NCBI GenBank assembly: GCA_030639065.1
Contig: DAOWDJ010000008.1
Span: 1-38,623, forward strand
Direction: 5' to 3'
Length of the DNA stretch: 38,623 nt
From: an archaeon
Lineage (GTDB): Archaea; Nanobdellota; Nanobdellia; Pacearchaeales; GW2011-AR1
A program made the position numbers and the translations under genes. Below the pieces are notes generated by a model that did no database searches, was not told where the DNA came from, and worked only from the letters and a program-made list of their open reading frames with translations. Of this stretch, positions 24,656 through 33,979 are shown piece by piece. How positions within the stretch are numbered: position 1 is the stretch's first letter; each line of letters opens with the position of its first letter.

Positions 24656-26086
24656 ATGGTGAGAAAAGGAAGTATTGTTAGAGTTGACCATCCTGTTGTC
24701 CAGAAAAAAATTGACAGAAGTTTAAAATCAAGTATACGTGAAGGATCTTTTGCATCAACATCCTTTAGTCTTGGAGTTTCGTACCTTTCACCGTTTGCCT
24801 TAGCTTTGAGCGCAACTACAGTACAGATGGGAATTTTGTATGCGATTATTAGTCTAATACCCGGTATCGTCCAACTGAAGGCATCAACGTTGGTTGAGAA
24901 ATTTTCAAGGAAAAAAATTGTTTTGATGGGAGTTATGATAAGGGTTTTGCTTTGGATCCCAATTATCTTAACAGGGCTTCTATTTTATCTTGATGTTCCA
25001 CATACCATATGGATTTTGATTGGTTTGATTGGTTTGACTTATACGTCTGCCGCAATTGTTAATCCTGTTTGGTTCTCCTGGATGGGTTCCCTTGTTCCTG
25101 ATAATGGACGTGGAAAGTATTTCTCTAAAAGAAATAGGGCATCTGGATTTTTTGGAATTATTGCTATGATTAGTGGTGCTCTAATTCTTGATGGGGCAAA
25201 AGATTTTGGAAAATATTACGGTAATGTTCTAGCATTTATTCTCCTCGGATTCGGAGTATTATTTAGTTTGGCAGCAATAGCTCAATTCTTTTCCTGGAAT
25301 CTATTGAGGAAACAGTACGAACCACGGCTTAAAATTAGAAAAAGAGATTATTTTACATTCAAACAATTCTTAAATAAATGCACGTCTACACCTTTTGGTA
25401 GGTTTACTTTATTTAGATTTATTCTTAGCCTAGCTGTGGGTATCTCTGCACCGTTCTGGGCTGTTTATATGATAAGAGATTTAGGATTTTCCTATGTTTG
25501 GTATATGTTGATTACAATATCTTCGATTATCTTTCAACTAATCTTTTTGCCTCTACTTGGAAAGTTTTCCGATAGATTTGGGAATGTAAAATTGATTAAT
25601 GTTTGTTCTTGGATGATCGTTACAACACCGCTGTTATGGCTTTTATCTACACTTCTTGCTGATGTATTGATGGTTAAATTATATTTATTGTTCGTTCCTG
25701 CTATTGTTGGAGGGTTCGCCTGGGCTGGATATAATTTAGCTGTGAATAATTATATTTACGACGCGGTGAGCTCTCCGAAAAGAAGTTTTGGCGTATCTTA
25801 TATGAACTTAATGGTTGGGGTCGGAACTTTTATTGGTGCTAGTATAGGTTCTTTATTAGCATGGATTAATATCTCATTTATGAATCCACTTCTTTTCATC
25901 TTTGCAGCTTCTGCTGTAACTCGATTTTTTGTTTCTGCTTTTGGACTTCGATTTTTACGGGAAGTGCGACATGTTAGGAAGTTTTCATCAGAATTCTTAA
26001 TTAAAGAATTTCAGCCTGTGCGTGGAATTATTCGTGAAATTCATAATTTTGAACACCTTGTAGATAAAGTTGAACATCATGTCTAA
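24656..26086 (+). CDS. MFS-type transporter
   Basis: About 12 TM helices with a GKFSDRFGN loop motif. I prefer the ATG at 24656 (MVRKGS...) to the upstream in-frame TTG at 24593. Confidence 0.7.
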   Translation: MVRKGSIVRVDHPVVQKKIDRSLKSSIREGSFASTSFSLGVSYLSPFALALSATTVQMGILYAIISLIPGIVQLKASTLVEKFSRKKIVLMGVMIRVLLWIPIILTGLLFYLDVPHTIWILIGLIGLTYTSAAIVNPVWFSWMGSLVPDNGRGKYFSKRNRASGFFGIIAMISGALILDGAKDFGKYYGNVLAFILLGFGVLFSLAAIAQFFSWNLLRKQYEPRLKIRKRDYFTFKQFLNKCTSTPFGRFTLFRFILSLAVGISAPFWAVYMIRDLGFSYVWYMLITISSIIFQLIFLPLLGKFSDRFGNVKLINVCSWMIVTTPLLWLLSTLLADVLMVKLYLLFVPAIVGGFAWAGYNLAVNNYIYDAVSSPKRSFGVSYMNLMVGVGTFIGASIGSLLAWINISFMNPLLFIFAASAVTRFFVSAFGLRFLREVRHVRKFSSEFLIKEFQPVRGIIREIHNFEHLVDKVEHHV

Positions 26087-26140
26087 ACATTTTAACTCAA
26101 TCCCAATAATCCTTATAAACCCTGAAGAATATTTCGAGAT

Positions 26141-26809
26141 ATGGAAGGAGGAAATGATACGCAAAGCTCTACGACTGGAAGTGCCTCAGCTAGTTTCGGA
26201 GAACAGAGAAAAAGAAACATTGCATATAAATTGAGGATTGGTGATATTTTGAAAGGTGTGCCTATGATGAATGAAGGAAAGTTTTTATTCCTGGAATTGG
26301 GAGATAAAAAAGTTGTACGTGTTAATATTCTAGCTAATTGTGTCGATAAATTTATTCAGGAAGGGGAGAAACAATTTGCTTCGCTAACTATTGATGATGC
26401 TTCGGGGCAATTAAAATTAAAGGCTTTTGGAGAAGATATTGAGCCATTAAAAGAGGTTGTGCAGGGAGATACTTTACAGATTATTGGGAATATGCGAGAA
26501 TGGAATGGTGAATTATATATGATTCCTGAGGTTATAAAAAAGGTTGATGTCCAGTGGCTATTAGTTAGAAAGTTAGAAATACAAAATGCTAGGAAAGATA
26601 TGCCGGTTGGTGAGAATAATGATTCGAAATTAAAGAATGAAATAATGGTAAAAATCAAGGAAGCTGAAACTGATGGTGGTATTGATGTGGATACGTTAAT
26701 TATGAACACTGAGGCAAGTCCTGATACAATCAATGGTGAGATTAAGAAATTACTAGAAGAGGGTTTGGTCTATGAACCAAGACCTGGGCGTTTGAGATAC
26801 CTTGGGTAG
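26141..26809 (+). CDS. OB-fold plus C-terminal winged-helix protein, RPA32-like ssDNA-binding subunit
   Basis: OB core (VRVNILANCVDKF...ASLTIDDASGQLKLKAF...LQIIGNMREWNGELYM) and a C-terminal wH segment (GIDVDTLI...INGEIKKLLEEGLVYE). Confidence 0.55.
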   Translation: MEGGNDTQSSTTGSASASFGEQRKRNIAYKLRIGDILKGVPMMNEGKFLFLELGDKKVVRVNILANCVDKFIQEGEKQFASLTIDDASGQLKLKAFGEDIEPLKEVVQGDTLQIIGNMREWNGELYMIPEVIKKVDVQWLLVRKLEIQNARKDMPVGENNDSKLKNEIMVKIKEAETDGGIDVDTLIMNTEASPDTINGEIKKLLEEGLVYEPRPGRLRYLG

Positions 26810-26837
26810 CTATCTACAAAACATATTATCTTAAAAA

Positions 26838-27653
26838 TTATAATTCATCGATTTCTAGATCTAAATCATCTCCGAGCATTGCTTCTTCAGTTGCTTTAGC
26901 TTTCTTCTTTGCCGACTTTGATTCTCTTTCTTTTTTCATACTAACCAAATCATCAAGAGTTATATCTGACAGCTCTTCTCTTTTTGAGAAATCAATTTTT
27001 CCTTCCGATATCCTCTCTAGTTGTTCTTTTTTCCCGTCTTCTATATACTCTGGATCGTCAAATTCTGATATCTCAATACCTTGTGATTTTAGATTTAATT
27101 TTTTCCTAACGTTGCTTAATATTTCTTTCTCTTCATCTCTGGTTCTAATAAAGTTTAACTTTTTCTCATGGTTTTTTAGAAGCTTTATTCCGAGAAAGGC
27201 TTCTAGTTTTAAAAAGACTTCTCTAAAATTTTCTGGAATTTTTCCCTTTTCAATTGATTGCAATATATCGGTATCTATTTTTATTAATTCTGAGAGTTGA
27301 TTTATACTGAGTTTTGATCTTCTTCGTGCTATATTCAAAGTCCAATAATAATTATCTAAAACATCTTCGTGGGATTGTTTTTTTGGTGGTATTCGAAGTT
27401 TTGCGAAATCTCCTTGTGTGATGATTTTATTATTGTTTTTTGATTCATGTATTCCTGACATTCGTTCCATTCGTTCACGAACTGAATATCGTTCATCCGC
27501 TTTATCTAATTGTAACTCAGATGGTTTCTTTATTATTGGAACACCTTCAGTCTGTGCACATTCCTCACAAATCATAACCATATCGGAATCCAAAATACCG
27601 CTATATAATTTTATTTCATTAGAACCTTTCTTGCATATTGTGCATCTTACCAT
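26838..27653 (-). CDS. Zinc-ribbon plus XRE-type HTH protein (aMBF1-like) with a long acidic C-terminal extension
   Basis: N-terminal CTICK...CEEC ribbon and an HTH segment (ARRRSKLSINQLSELIKIDTDILQSIEKGKIP). It is longer than canonical aMBF1. Confidence 0.5.
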   Translation of the reverse strand: MVRCTICKKGSNEIKLYSGILDSDMVMICEECAQTEGVPIIKKPSELQLDKADERYSVRERMERMSGIHESKNNNKIITQGDFAKLRIPPKKQSHEDVLDNYYWTLNIARRRSKLSINQLSELIKIDTDILQSIEKGKIPENFREVFLKLEAFLGIKLLKNHEKKLNFIRTRDEEKEILSNVRKKLNLKSQGIEISEFDDPEYIEDGKKEQLERISEGKIDFSKREELSDITLDDLVSMKKERESKSAKKKAKATEEAMLGDDLDLEIDEL

Positions 27654-27706
27654 AACTTAGAAAAGTAATAAGTATTTTTAAATAAATATATGGTCGGATG
27701 TATATG

Positions 27707-28105
27707 TTAGTTCTTTGGGATTTTGTCTTTGAACACCCAATGTAGAGAGCCAAAAAAACTGATAGGTATTGCCACAATTATCCCTGTTACGGTTGCAATA
27801 TTTGCATTTATAATTCCTGGAGACAATATGCTATTCATAATAAGACTTGTAGAAAGATTAATTGTTATTGCCACTGAATACACTATAGCATATTTGATAA
27901 ATTGTTTTGTGGCCTTCCCAGATCTTGCAAGGAAGGTTATGTTTCGATTTATCATAAAATTTAATGATAATGCCATCATTAGGGCAAGAGTTTTAGAAAT
28001 TGGAAAATTTAAAAATAGAAAAAAAAGATTGAATGATAAAAGTTCGACTGTAGCACCTGATGCTCCTGCAAAACAAAACGACAAAAACTTTTTCTTTACT
28101 CCCAT
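27707..28105 (-). CDS. GtrA-family small membrane protein (lipid-linked sugar translocase-like)
   Basis: 132 aa with 4 TM helices. Shows FCFAGASGATVELLSFNLF and the N.NITF/R pattern of the GtrA family. Confidence 0.7.
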   Translation of the reverse strand: MGVKKKFLSFCFAGASGATVELLSFNLFFLFLNFPISKTLALMMALSLNFMINRNITFLARSGKATKQFIKYAIVYSVAITINLSTSLIMNSILSPGIINANIATVTGIIVAIPISFFGSLHWVFKDKIPKN

Positions 28106-28155
28106 TTTAATGAATTGTGAGATAGATATTTAAAGCTATGGAGCTTTTTTGCTAA

Positions 28156-28851
28156 ATGAAACTTTCCGTAATAATTCCTGTTTATAATGAAAAAGAATTT
28201 GTCGAAGAATTAATAACTCGGGTGAAAAAGGTTAATCTTGGAAACATTGAAAAAGAGATTATTGTAATTGATGATTTTTCTAACGACGGGACGCAAGAAA
28301 TTTTGAAAAAAATTAAAAATATCAAATTATTATCTCATGAAAAAAATCGTGGGAAGGGAGCCGCTCTAAAAACTGGAATTGCTGAATCTAGTGGAGATAT
28401 AATTATTGTACAAGATGCGGATTTAGAATATGTCCCTGAGGAATATGGTAAATTGATAAAACCGATTATTGATGGCAAAACAAAAATAGTATATGGCTCG
28501 CGACTATTAGGAAAAGAAAATCGTAAGGGGAAATTTTTATTTTATTTTGGAGGAAGAGTTGTTACAATGTTTACAAACTTATTATATTGGTCACATCTTA
28601 CAGATGAACCTACTTGTTACAAAGTTTTTCATAAAGATTTGAAACCTGTTCTTGTGAAAGCTGAGGGGAATCATTTTGAGTGGGAGCCTGAAGTTACTGC
28701 TAAATTTCTTCGAAAAGGTTATAAGATTTTTGAGATTCCTATTTCTTATAATCCGCGGACCACAGAAGAAGGGAAAAAGATAAATGCCATGGATGGAATT
28801 CAAGCACTTTGGGTTTTGTTGAAATGGCGATTTAGAAAGATAAATAATTAA
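28156..28851 (+). CDS. GT2 glycosyltransferase (polyprenyl-phosphate sugar synthase, DPM1/GtrB-like)
   Basis: SVIIPVYNE, VIDDFSNDGT, NRGKGAAL and QDADLEY (DxD) motifs. Confidence 0.85.
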   Translation: MKLSVIIPVYNEKEFVEELITRVKKVNLGNIEKEIIVIDDFSNDGTQEILKKIKNIKLLSHEKNRGKGAALKTGIAESSGDIIIVQDADLEYVPEEYGKLIKPIIDGKTKIVYGSRLLGKENRKGKFLFYFGGRVVTMFTNLLYWSHLTDEPTCYKVFHKDLKPVLVKAEGNHFEWEPEVTAKFLRKGYKIFEIPISYNPRTTEEGKKINAMDGIQALWVLLKWRFRKINN

Positions 28852-30343
28852 CGAATCTACAGATCCTTAGAAATACATTACTCATTAATTCTGAATGAAA
28901 TTTATTCGATAATGCCTGGCAGGCTTCTGAAGTCATTGGATTAGAATACCCTTTGGCTTTAATACAATTTTCACTTGTCGTTTCTGGATTAGCTATAATC
29001 ACATAACTTTTTTCTTCGCTTAATAGATTATAGTTTTTTATCTCATCCATTGTAAATTTATCGTCCATTGTTGGATCCTTATAAAATATGAGCATTATTT
29101 CGTTTCGATCCAAACCCTCTTGAATAGTGTAAGGGAAATATCTTACATTTCCACTGTAATAATTTGCTGGAACCCAGTGTGGGGATAAAATTTGACACTC
29201 GCTTAATCCTAGGGATTCTATATCTTGTATGGCTTCAATATACATTGTGTCTGAATCTTCCATTCTAAAAGACCTCTGACCAGCAACCCCTAGAGAAATT
29301 AAGAATCCTATCGAAAGAATTATTATAAATCCTTTTCTCCAAGATTCTTTTCTTAAATTTTTAAGAATAACTATCGCCCCTAGCATAGAAAAAAATGCTA
29401 CCGGGAGAGCCATATTAAATAAATATCTCACTATCTTGAATGGAATTGTGTATACATCATATAAGAAAAGAAGAAAAATGGCTGCAAATAATATTTCGTA
29501 TTTATAATTGGATATTTTTTTGTTTTTAGATTTGAGCAAAATCATAATTGGGACTGATAATCCCAAAATAACAAAAGGCAGAAACCAGTTAGTAATAATT
29601 AACAACGAAGAGAAGTCGAAAGGTTGTGCCATATCCAATCTAGAAAATACATTAAGATGGAAGGCGTCTGCAATGCTCGTAAACCAATTCCCCCATTTAA
29701 TTTTATTAAATAGAAACCAGGGGAAAGTTACCAGAAAGAATAATCCTAGATTTTTTAGTATTTGTTTTAGGCTTTTATTTAAGAAGAGAAATGGAACAAA
29801 GACGAAAAAATTATATCTGCTCAAAAAAGCTAAAGCTAGGAAATGTCCAGAATTTTTATTCAAAATAAAATATGCAATGAATAATTGAAAAAAAGAAAGT
29901 GCGAGTAATTCTGTCCCTACAACTAAACCGAAACCTAATACAAAAATATTAAGACTGAAGAAATAAAATAAGAGATTTAGTGTTTTTCTTTTGATTTTAA
30001 ATTTATAAAAATATTTTTCAAAAAGAGCATTGGAAAGTTTGTATGTGGAGTAAAAAAATAAGGAAGCAACAAATAGGATGTAAATATAAGGTGCTAAGTT
30101 TCCTAAAAGTAATAGTGGACCTAACATGAGACTTATCATCGGAGCTCGATATACTTCGAAATAATTACCTCCGTAGAAAAAATATTTTGCATTGATTATA
30201 TATGCTGCAAAATCCCATGAGAAATCAAAATAATGTTGTATTAGGAAAAATAAAGTTGAGAGTACAAATAAAGAAGTTAGTAGGGGATTTTTTCTAATAA
30301 AAGATTTTATTTTTTTGAAAAAGTTCTGGAAATTAATATTCAT
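28832..30343 (-). CDS. Large polytopic membrane protein, GT-C-fold glycosyltransferase-like
   Basis: 503 aa with more than 10 TM helices, an acidic residue in the first loop (FSWDFAAY) and a C-terminal extracytoplasmic soluble domain. The family call is inferred from architecture and context. Confidence 0.45.
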   Translation of the reverse strand: MNINFQNFFKKIKSFIRKNPLLTSLFVLSTLFFLIQHYFDFSWDFAAYIINAKYFFYGGNYFEVYRAPMISLMLGPLLLLGNLAPYIYILFVASLFFYSTYKLSNALFEKYFYKFKIKRKTLNLLFYFFSLNIFVLGFGLVVGTELLALSFFQLFIAYFILNKNSGHFLALAFLSRYNFFVFVPFLFLNKSLKQILKNLGLFFLVTFPWFLFNKIKWGNWFTSIADAFHLNVFSRLDMAQPFDFSSLLIITNWFLPFVILGLSVPIMILLKSKNKKISNYKYEILFAAIFLLFLYDVYTIPFKIVRYLFNMALPVAFFSMLGAIVILKNLRKESWRKGFIIILSIGFLISLGVAGQRSFRMEDSDTMYIEAIQDIESLGLSECQILSPHWVPANYYSGNVRYFPYTIQEGLDRNEIMLIFYKDPTMDDKFTMDEIKNYNLLSEEKSYVIIANPETTSENCIKAKGYSNPMTSEACQALSNKFHSELMSNVFLRICRFVNYLSF

Positions 30344-30345
30344 TT

Positions 30346-30990
30346 TTAATTAAGGTGGGTTTCGATTTCGTTAATGTTACTGATTTCTGTGAATCGTTGA
30401 TTTTCATTTAAAATGATTACTGAATCTTCTACATCATATTTTTCTCTGAGATTTTTTACTATTTCGCTATCTAAATTTAAATCTATAGAATACAAAACTA
30501 AATTGTCTTTGTTCCTTACATAAATTGGTCCTAAAATGTCTCCTAGTCTTTCTGAATCTGCCAAGTCTTCTTTTTTGTTCGAATAAAAGAAAAGGATAAT
30601 ATTGATATCTTTTTCGCATTCTTCATTGATTATTTTAACAAATTCTAAATGCTCAAGTTGAATCAGGGTGTAGAATTTCTTTCGAAATAAAACATTTTCA
30701 TTATCTTTTCCAAGTTTAGTTTCTAAGTCTCCGATTATTTGTCCTTGATAACTCAAATCCTTGGAAATTTTTAAATAAGATTCTTCCGCGCATATATCTT
30801 CGTCAAAAAGAGTGTATTGAAGTTTGTCTTGGAATATTTGGTAAGAAGTTGGACCTTGCAAACTTGAAATTCTTTGGAACTCTAGATATGCGATTCCATT
30901 AGTAAATGCGAATCCTAAAATAAAAATCGCTGTTCCAATAATAAATGCCCATAGATATCTTGATTTGCTTTGAACTTTTCTTGCTTCCAT
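30346..30990 (-). CDS. Membrane-anchored hypothetical protein
   Basis: One N-terminal TM helix followed by a soluble domain. Tightly packed between the GT-C-like and GT2 genes. Confidence 0.5.
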   Translation of the reverse strand: MEARKVQSKSRYLWAFIIGTAIFILGFAFTNGIAYLEFQRISSLQGPTSYQIFQDKLQYTLFDEDICAEESYLKISKDLSYQGQIIGDLETKLGKDNENVLFRKKFYTLIQLEHLEFVKIINEECEKDINIILFFYSNKKEDLADSERLGDILGPIYVRNKDNLVLYSIDLNLDSEIVKNLREKYDVEDSVIILNENQRFTEISNINEIETHLN

Positions 30991-31019
30991 ATTTTTATTT
31001 ATTCAGACTTGTTTATAAA

Positions 31020-32261
31020 TTATCTCCAAGTCACTTTTTTATTTAGTAATACATAAATTATTGAGACCGTCCACCAAAATCCAAAAAGAAGAGCAAAGAA
31101 AAGGAAATAAAGTAAAATTGTACCTGGGAAACTTTTCACTTTGCCTATATTTTTTGTTGCGAATTTCATATACACTCCAAGAACCACTACAAATAATAAG
31201 AAGAAAATAATTATTGGGTTTGTGAAAACTAGAAAGAATAATCTTTCAAAGAAGTAACGACTAACTCCGAATAGACTAATGAAATCAAAGTTAATACTTA
31301 TTAGGAAAGCTAGCTCCTCTTGAATTTTAAATAAAGCCTTGATTACCATATAATTAATTAGAAATACCGAAAAGAAAATGCTTATCCAGGCTATTGGAAG
31401 TACAAAAACTCCAAGGTCACCATATTTTGGACCGAACATGAATTTATAATTCCAAGTATTCCTCATCAATCCCACATACCATCGTCTTCGCTGAATCATA
31501 AGGGGCTTAAATTTGCTCATCGCAATAGTATACACCGGAGCATTGGAACAGTTTTCTATCATGTACCCTTTTGATTGAATCCTTAATGCAAGTTCAAGAT
31601 CTTCGGTAATATTATCTTCATCATAACCTCCATGTTTATCAATGAACGATTTTTTATACGCTGAGAATGCTCCAGGGGTGACATGAATTGCGTTTATCGA
31701 ACTAAATGCTTTTCTTAAAAACAATCCGAAAAGATATTCTGCCTGCTGGATTCTTTGAAGAATTCCTTTTGGATTATGAACAAGCATCGACGGACTCACG
31801 CACATAACTTCTGGATCTTTAAAATACCTCATCAGTTCTTTCACGCTATGAGGTTTGACAAAAGTGTCGGCATCCATACTTAGAATGATTTCTGAATTAG
31901 AATATTTTATCCCATAGTTTAATGCCCCCCCTTTTCCTCCATTTGGCCTTGTGTAAACTTTTATTATTTTAGACTGATATTTCTTCGCTATCTCTAGTGT
32001 TTTATCTTTACTGCCGTCGTCTATAATTATGATTTCTAATTTTCCTTTCGGATAATCTGACGCTCTTATTGATTCTATTGTTCCTGCTATCGATTTTTCT
32101 TCGTTAAACGCAGGGATTATTACCGAGACTGTCGGGAGTTCGTCATCTGTGAATAATTGTTTTTTCTTTACTTTACCTCTTTTATAACTAAGAATATAAA
32201 ATGTCGTAGCAATTAGTCCGATGTAAATTGAGATATAAATAAGAGTTAGTGTGAGCGTCAT
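31020..32261 (-). CDS. Processive GT2 beta-glycan synthase (PgaC/IcaA/NodC/chitin-synthase-like)
   Basis: N-terminal TM helix, VIIPAFNEE, IIDDGSKD, MDADT, TEDLEL, the Q(R)RRW motif (QRRRWYVG), and 4 C-terminal TM helices. Confidence 0.8.
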   Translation of the reverse strand: MTLTLTLIYISIYIGLIATTFYILSYKRGKVKKKQLFTDDELPTVSVIIPAFNEEKSIAGTIESIRASDYPKGKLEIIIIDDGSKDKTLEIAKKYQSKIIKVYTRPNGGKGGALNYGIKYSNSEIILSMDADTFVKPHSVKELMRYFKDPEVMCVSPSMLVHNPKGILQRIQQAEYLFGLFLRKAFSSINAIHVTPGAFSAYKKSFIDKHGGYDEDNITEDLELALRIQSKGYMIENCSNAPVYTIAMSKFKPLMIQRRRWYVGLMRNTWNYKFMFGPKYGDLGVFVLPIAWISIFFSVFLINYMVIKALFKIQEELAFLISINFDFISLFGVSRYFFERLFFLVFTNPIIIFFLLFVVVLGVYMKFATKNIGKVKSFPGTILLYFLFFALLFGFWWTVSIIYVLLNKKVTWR

Positions 32262-32263
32262 AA

Positions 32264-32854
32264 TTATATTTCCTTTTTGATTTTATTTTCTGAATTGTTA
32301 TTTGAAGGATCGACATTAAAATATTCGTAAAATTCTTCTGAAAGTGATAAATCTAAGGTATGCCCTGTTCTTTTTGCAACTACTAATCCTAATTGTCTAA
32401 ATTTTTTGATGTGATCATAAGACTTATTTCCTCGTATTTTTATTATAACGGATTGTTTGATCGGTTGTTTGTATGCTATGATTGCGAGGGTTGATTGTTC
32501 GGCTTTTGAAAATTCTGCGCTACCTGTTGCTAACTTATTTATTAGATAATGATATTCTTCCGCAACATCCATTTTCCACGAGTTAGACCTATTTATTAAT
32601 CTTAAAACTCCTGAAGAGTATTTTTTTTCTAGTCGATGAAGAATTTCTTTAAGCATAATTGGGTTTACGTCTGTTAGCATAACTAATTCCTGAAGATTTA
32701 GAAACCGTCCTGCTATAAATAATGCCGCTTCAACTTTTTCTTCAGAATTTTTTTCTTCGTTCTCAAAGACATTATCAAGTTCTTCTGCAGTTGATTCTGT
32801 AATAATCTTGGGACTGTCAACCAATGATGATTCTTCCATGTAACTTATTGGCAA
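32264..32854 (-). CDS. scpB: Segregation and condensation protein B
   Basis: EAALFIAGRFLNLQEL, a tandem wH architecture, LAIIAYKQPI..S.I..IRG. Confidence 0.75.
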   Translation of the reverse strand: MPISYMEESSLVDSPKIITESTAEELDNVFENEEKNSEEKVEAALFIAGRFLNLQELVMLTDVNPIMLKEILHRLEKKYSSGVLRLINRSNSWKMDVAEEYHYLINKLATGSAEFSKAEQSTLAIIAYKQPIKQSVIIKIRGNKSYDHIKKFRQLGLVVAKRTGHTLDLSLSEEFYEYFNVDPSNNNSENKIKKEI

Positions 32855-32882
32855 GAGAGTTTTAAAAGATTGCTGGCGTTAC

Positions 32883-33977
32883 CTAATCGTGAATTTCGAA
32901 TCTTAGAAGTCCACCGACTCCTCCAAGGTTATCAAATTGTACACCTTCTGCAGTTTCATTTGTTACAATATGTATTTCTGTTGACGAAGCCTTTGCTAAC
33001 TTTTCTAACATTTTTACTTTTTCTCTCGGTAAGGATTTTGAGATAATTAATTTCTCCACCGCTCCTCGATTTAATCTATCTTCAATTTCTGCTTCTCCGT
33101 ATGAAACTTTATTTGGTTCCTTCGCTAATCTTTCAAAGAATAAATCTAAAATTAACCTTTGCTTTGTAATTTCTTGTTCTGCTAAAACATCTTGGCAACG
33201 TTCAACTAATTCCTGGAGTCCATGCATCCCTGTTCCACCAATATCTTTTACTGCAATTACTTTTTCCTTTAATTTTGTTACTAGTTGCCCTTGAGTTAAG
33301 AATTCGTCTTTTGTAGGAATCGGCCCACCAACTAAAATTCCTTTTAATTTTTTATTGTCCCAAAAATGCGTCTTTATAGCTTCTGCCACCCGTTTAAAAA
33401 ACTCTTTTGCTGCACTTTCCCTAATACGAGCAAATCTTTGTGCAGATTGTCCGCCACATTTTGTCTTACCTGGAATTCCTGAAGTCATATGTTGTAGAAT
33501 TTTAATATGTTTCCCATCGAGGATTCCTATTGATGCTTCATTTCGTTCGATAATTAAAAGTCCATAAACTTCATCCGTTTCAAGCATCTCTTTTAATGGG
33601 TCTAAAACAAAAGTCTGGTCGCATCTGTAAATTTTTATTTTAAGTTTTTTAGGAGGTTCTATTACCCAAACTTCTAGACTTTCTTTACCGTCAGCCATTG
33701 TTACATTTCCTGAGAACAATGCCAATCCATTCTCTGGAGTTTTTCCTATCTCTTTTAACTTTCTAACTGCTCTTTCAAGTGCATTGATTACATTTTTTCT
33801 TGTTGATGTTCCTTTTATGTTTGTAGCAGTCCCCTTCTCATCTTCAAGTTGTTTTGTTGTTTGAGTTAATGTGGCTCCTGCTGGGACAAGAACTGTAATT
33901 AGTTCTGTGTGTCTGCCTCTATATCCTTCAAGTTCTTCAACGAAAGATTCTAACTCAAATTTTTGCGATTCGTCCAT
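32883..33977 (-). CDS. prf1: Peptide chain release factor aRF1
   Basis: GGQ motif (KCGGQSAQRF), a NIKS-type loop (TATNIKGTS), YxCxxxF (YRCDQTF), and a C-terminal GGVGGLLRF. Confidence 0.9.
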   Translation of the reverse strand: MDESQKFELESFVEELEGYRGRHTELITVLVPAGATLTQTTKQLEDEKGTATNIKGTSTRKNVINALERAVRKLKEIGKTPENGLALFSGNVTMADGKESLEVWVIEPPKKLKIKIYRCDQTFVLDPLKEMLETDEVYGLLIIERNEASIGILDGKHIKILQHMTSGIPGKTKCGGQSAQRFARIRESAAKEFFKRVAEAIKTHFWDNKKLKGILVGGPIPTKDEFLTQGQLVTKLKEKVIAVKDIGGTGMHGLQELVERCQDVLAEQEITKQRLILDLFFERLAKEPNKVSYGEAEIEDRLNRGAVEKLIISKSLPREKVKMLEKLAKASSTEIHIVTNETAEGVQFDNLGGVGGLLRFEIHD

Positions 33978-33979
33978 GA

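Noticed and set aside
32883-33977. The aRF1 NIKS loop reads NIKG (TATNIKGTS), which could hint at altered stop-codon recognition or recoding.
   Set aside because: Well-supported genes in this window terminate with all three stop codons: TAG for polB, TGA for the methyltransferase, nucleotidyltransferase and kinase, and TAA for map and dnaJ. No conserved gene shows an in-frame stop. There is no evidence for reassignment.
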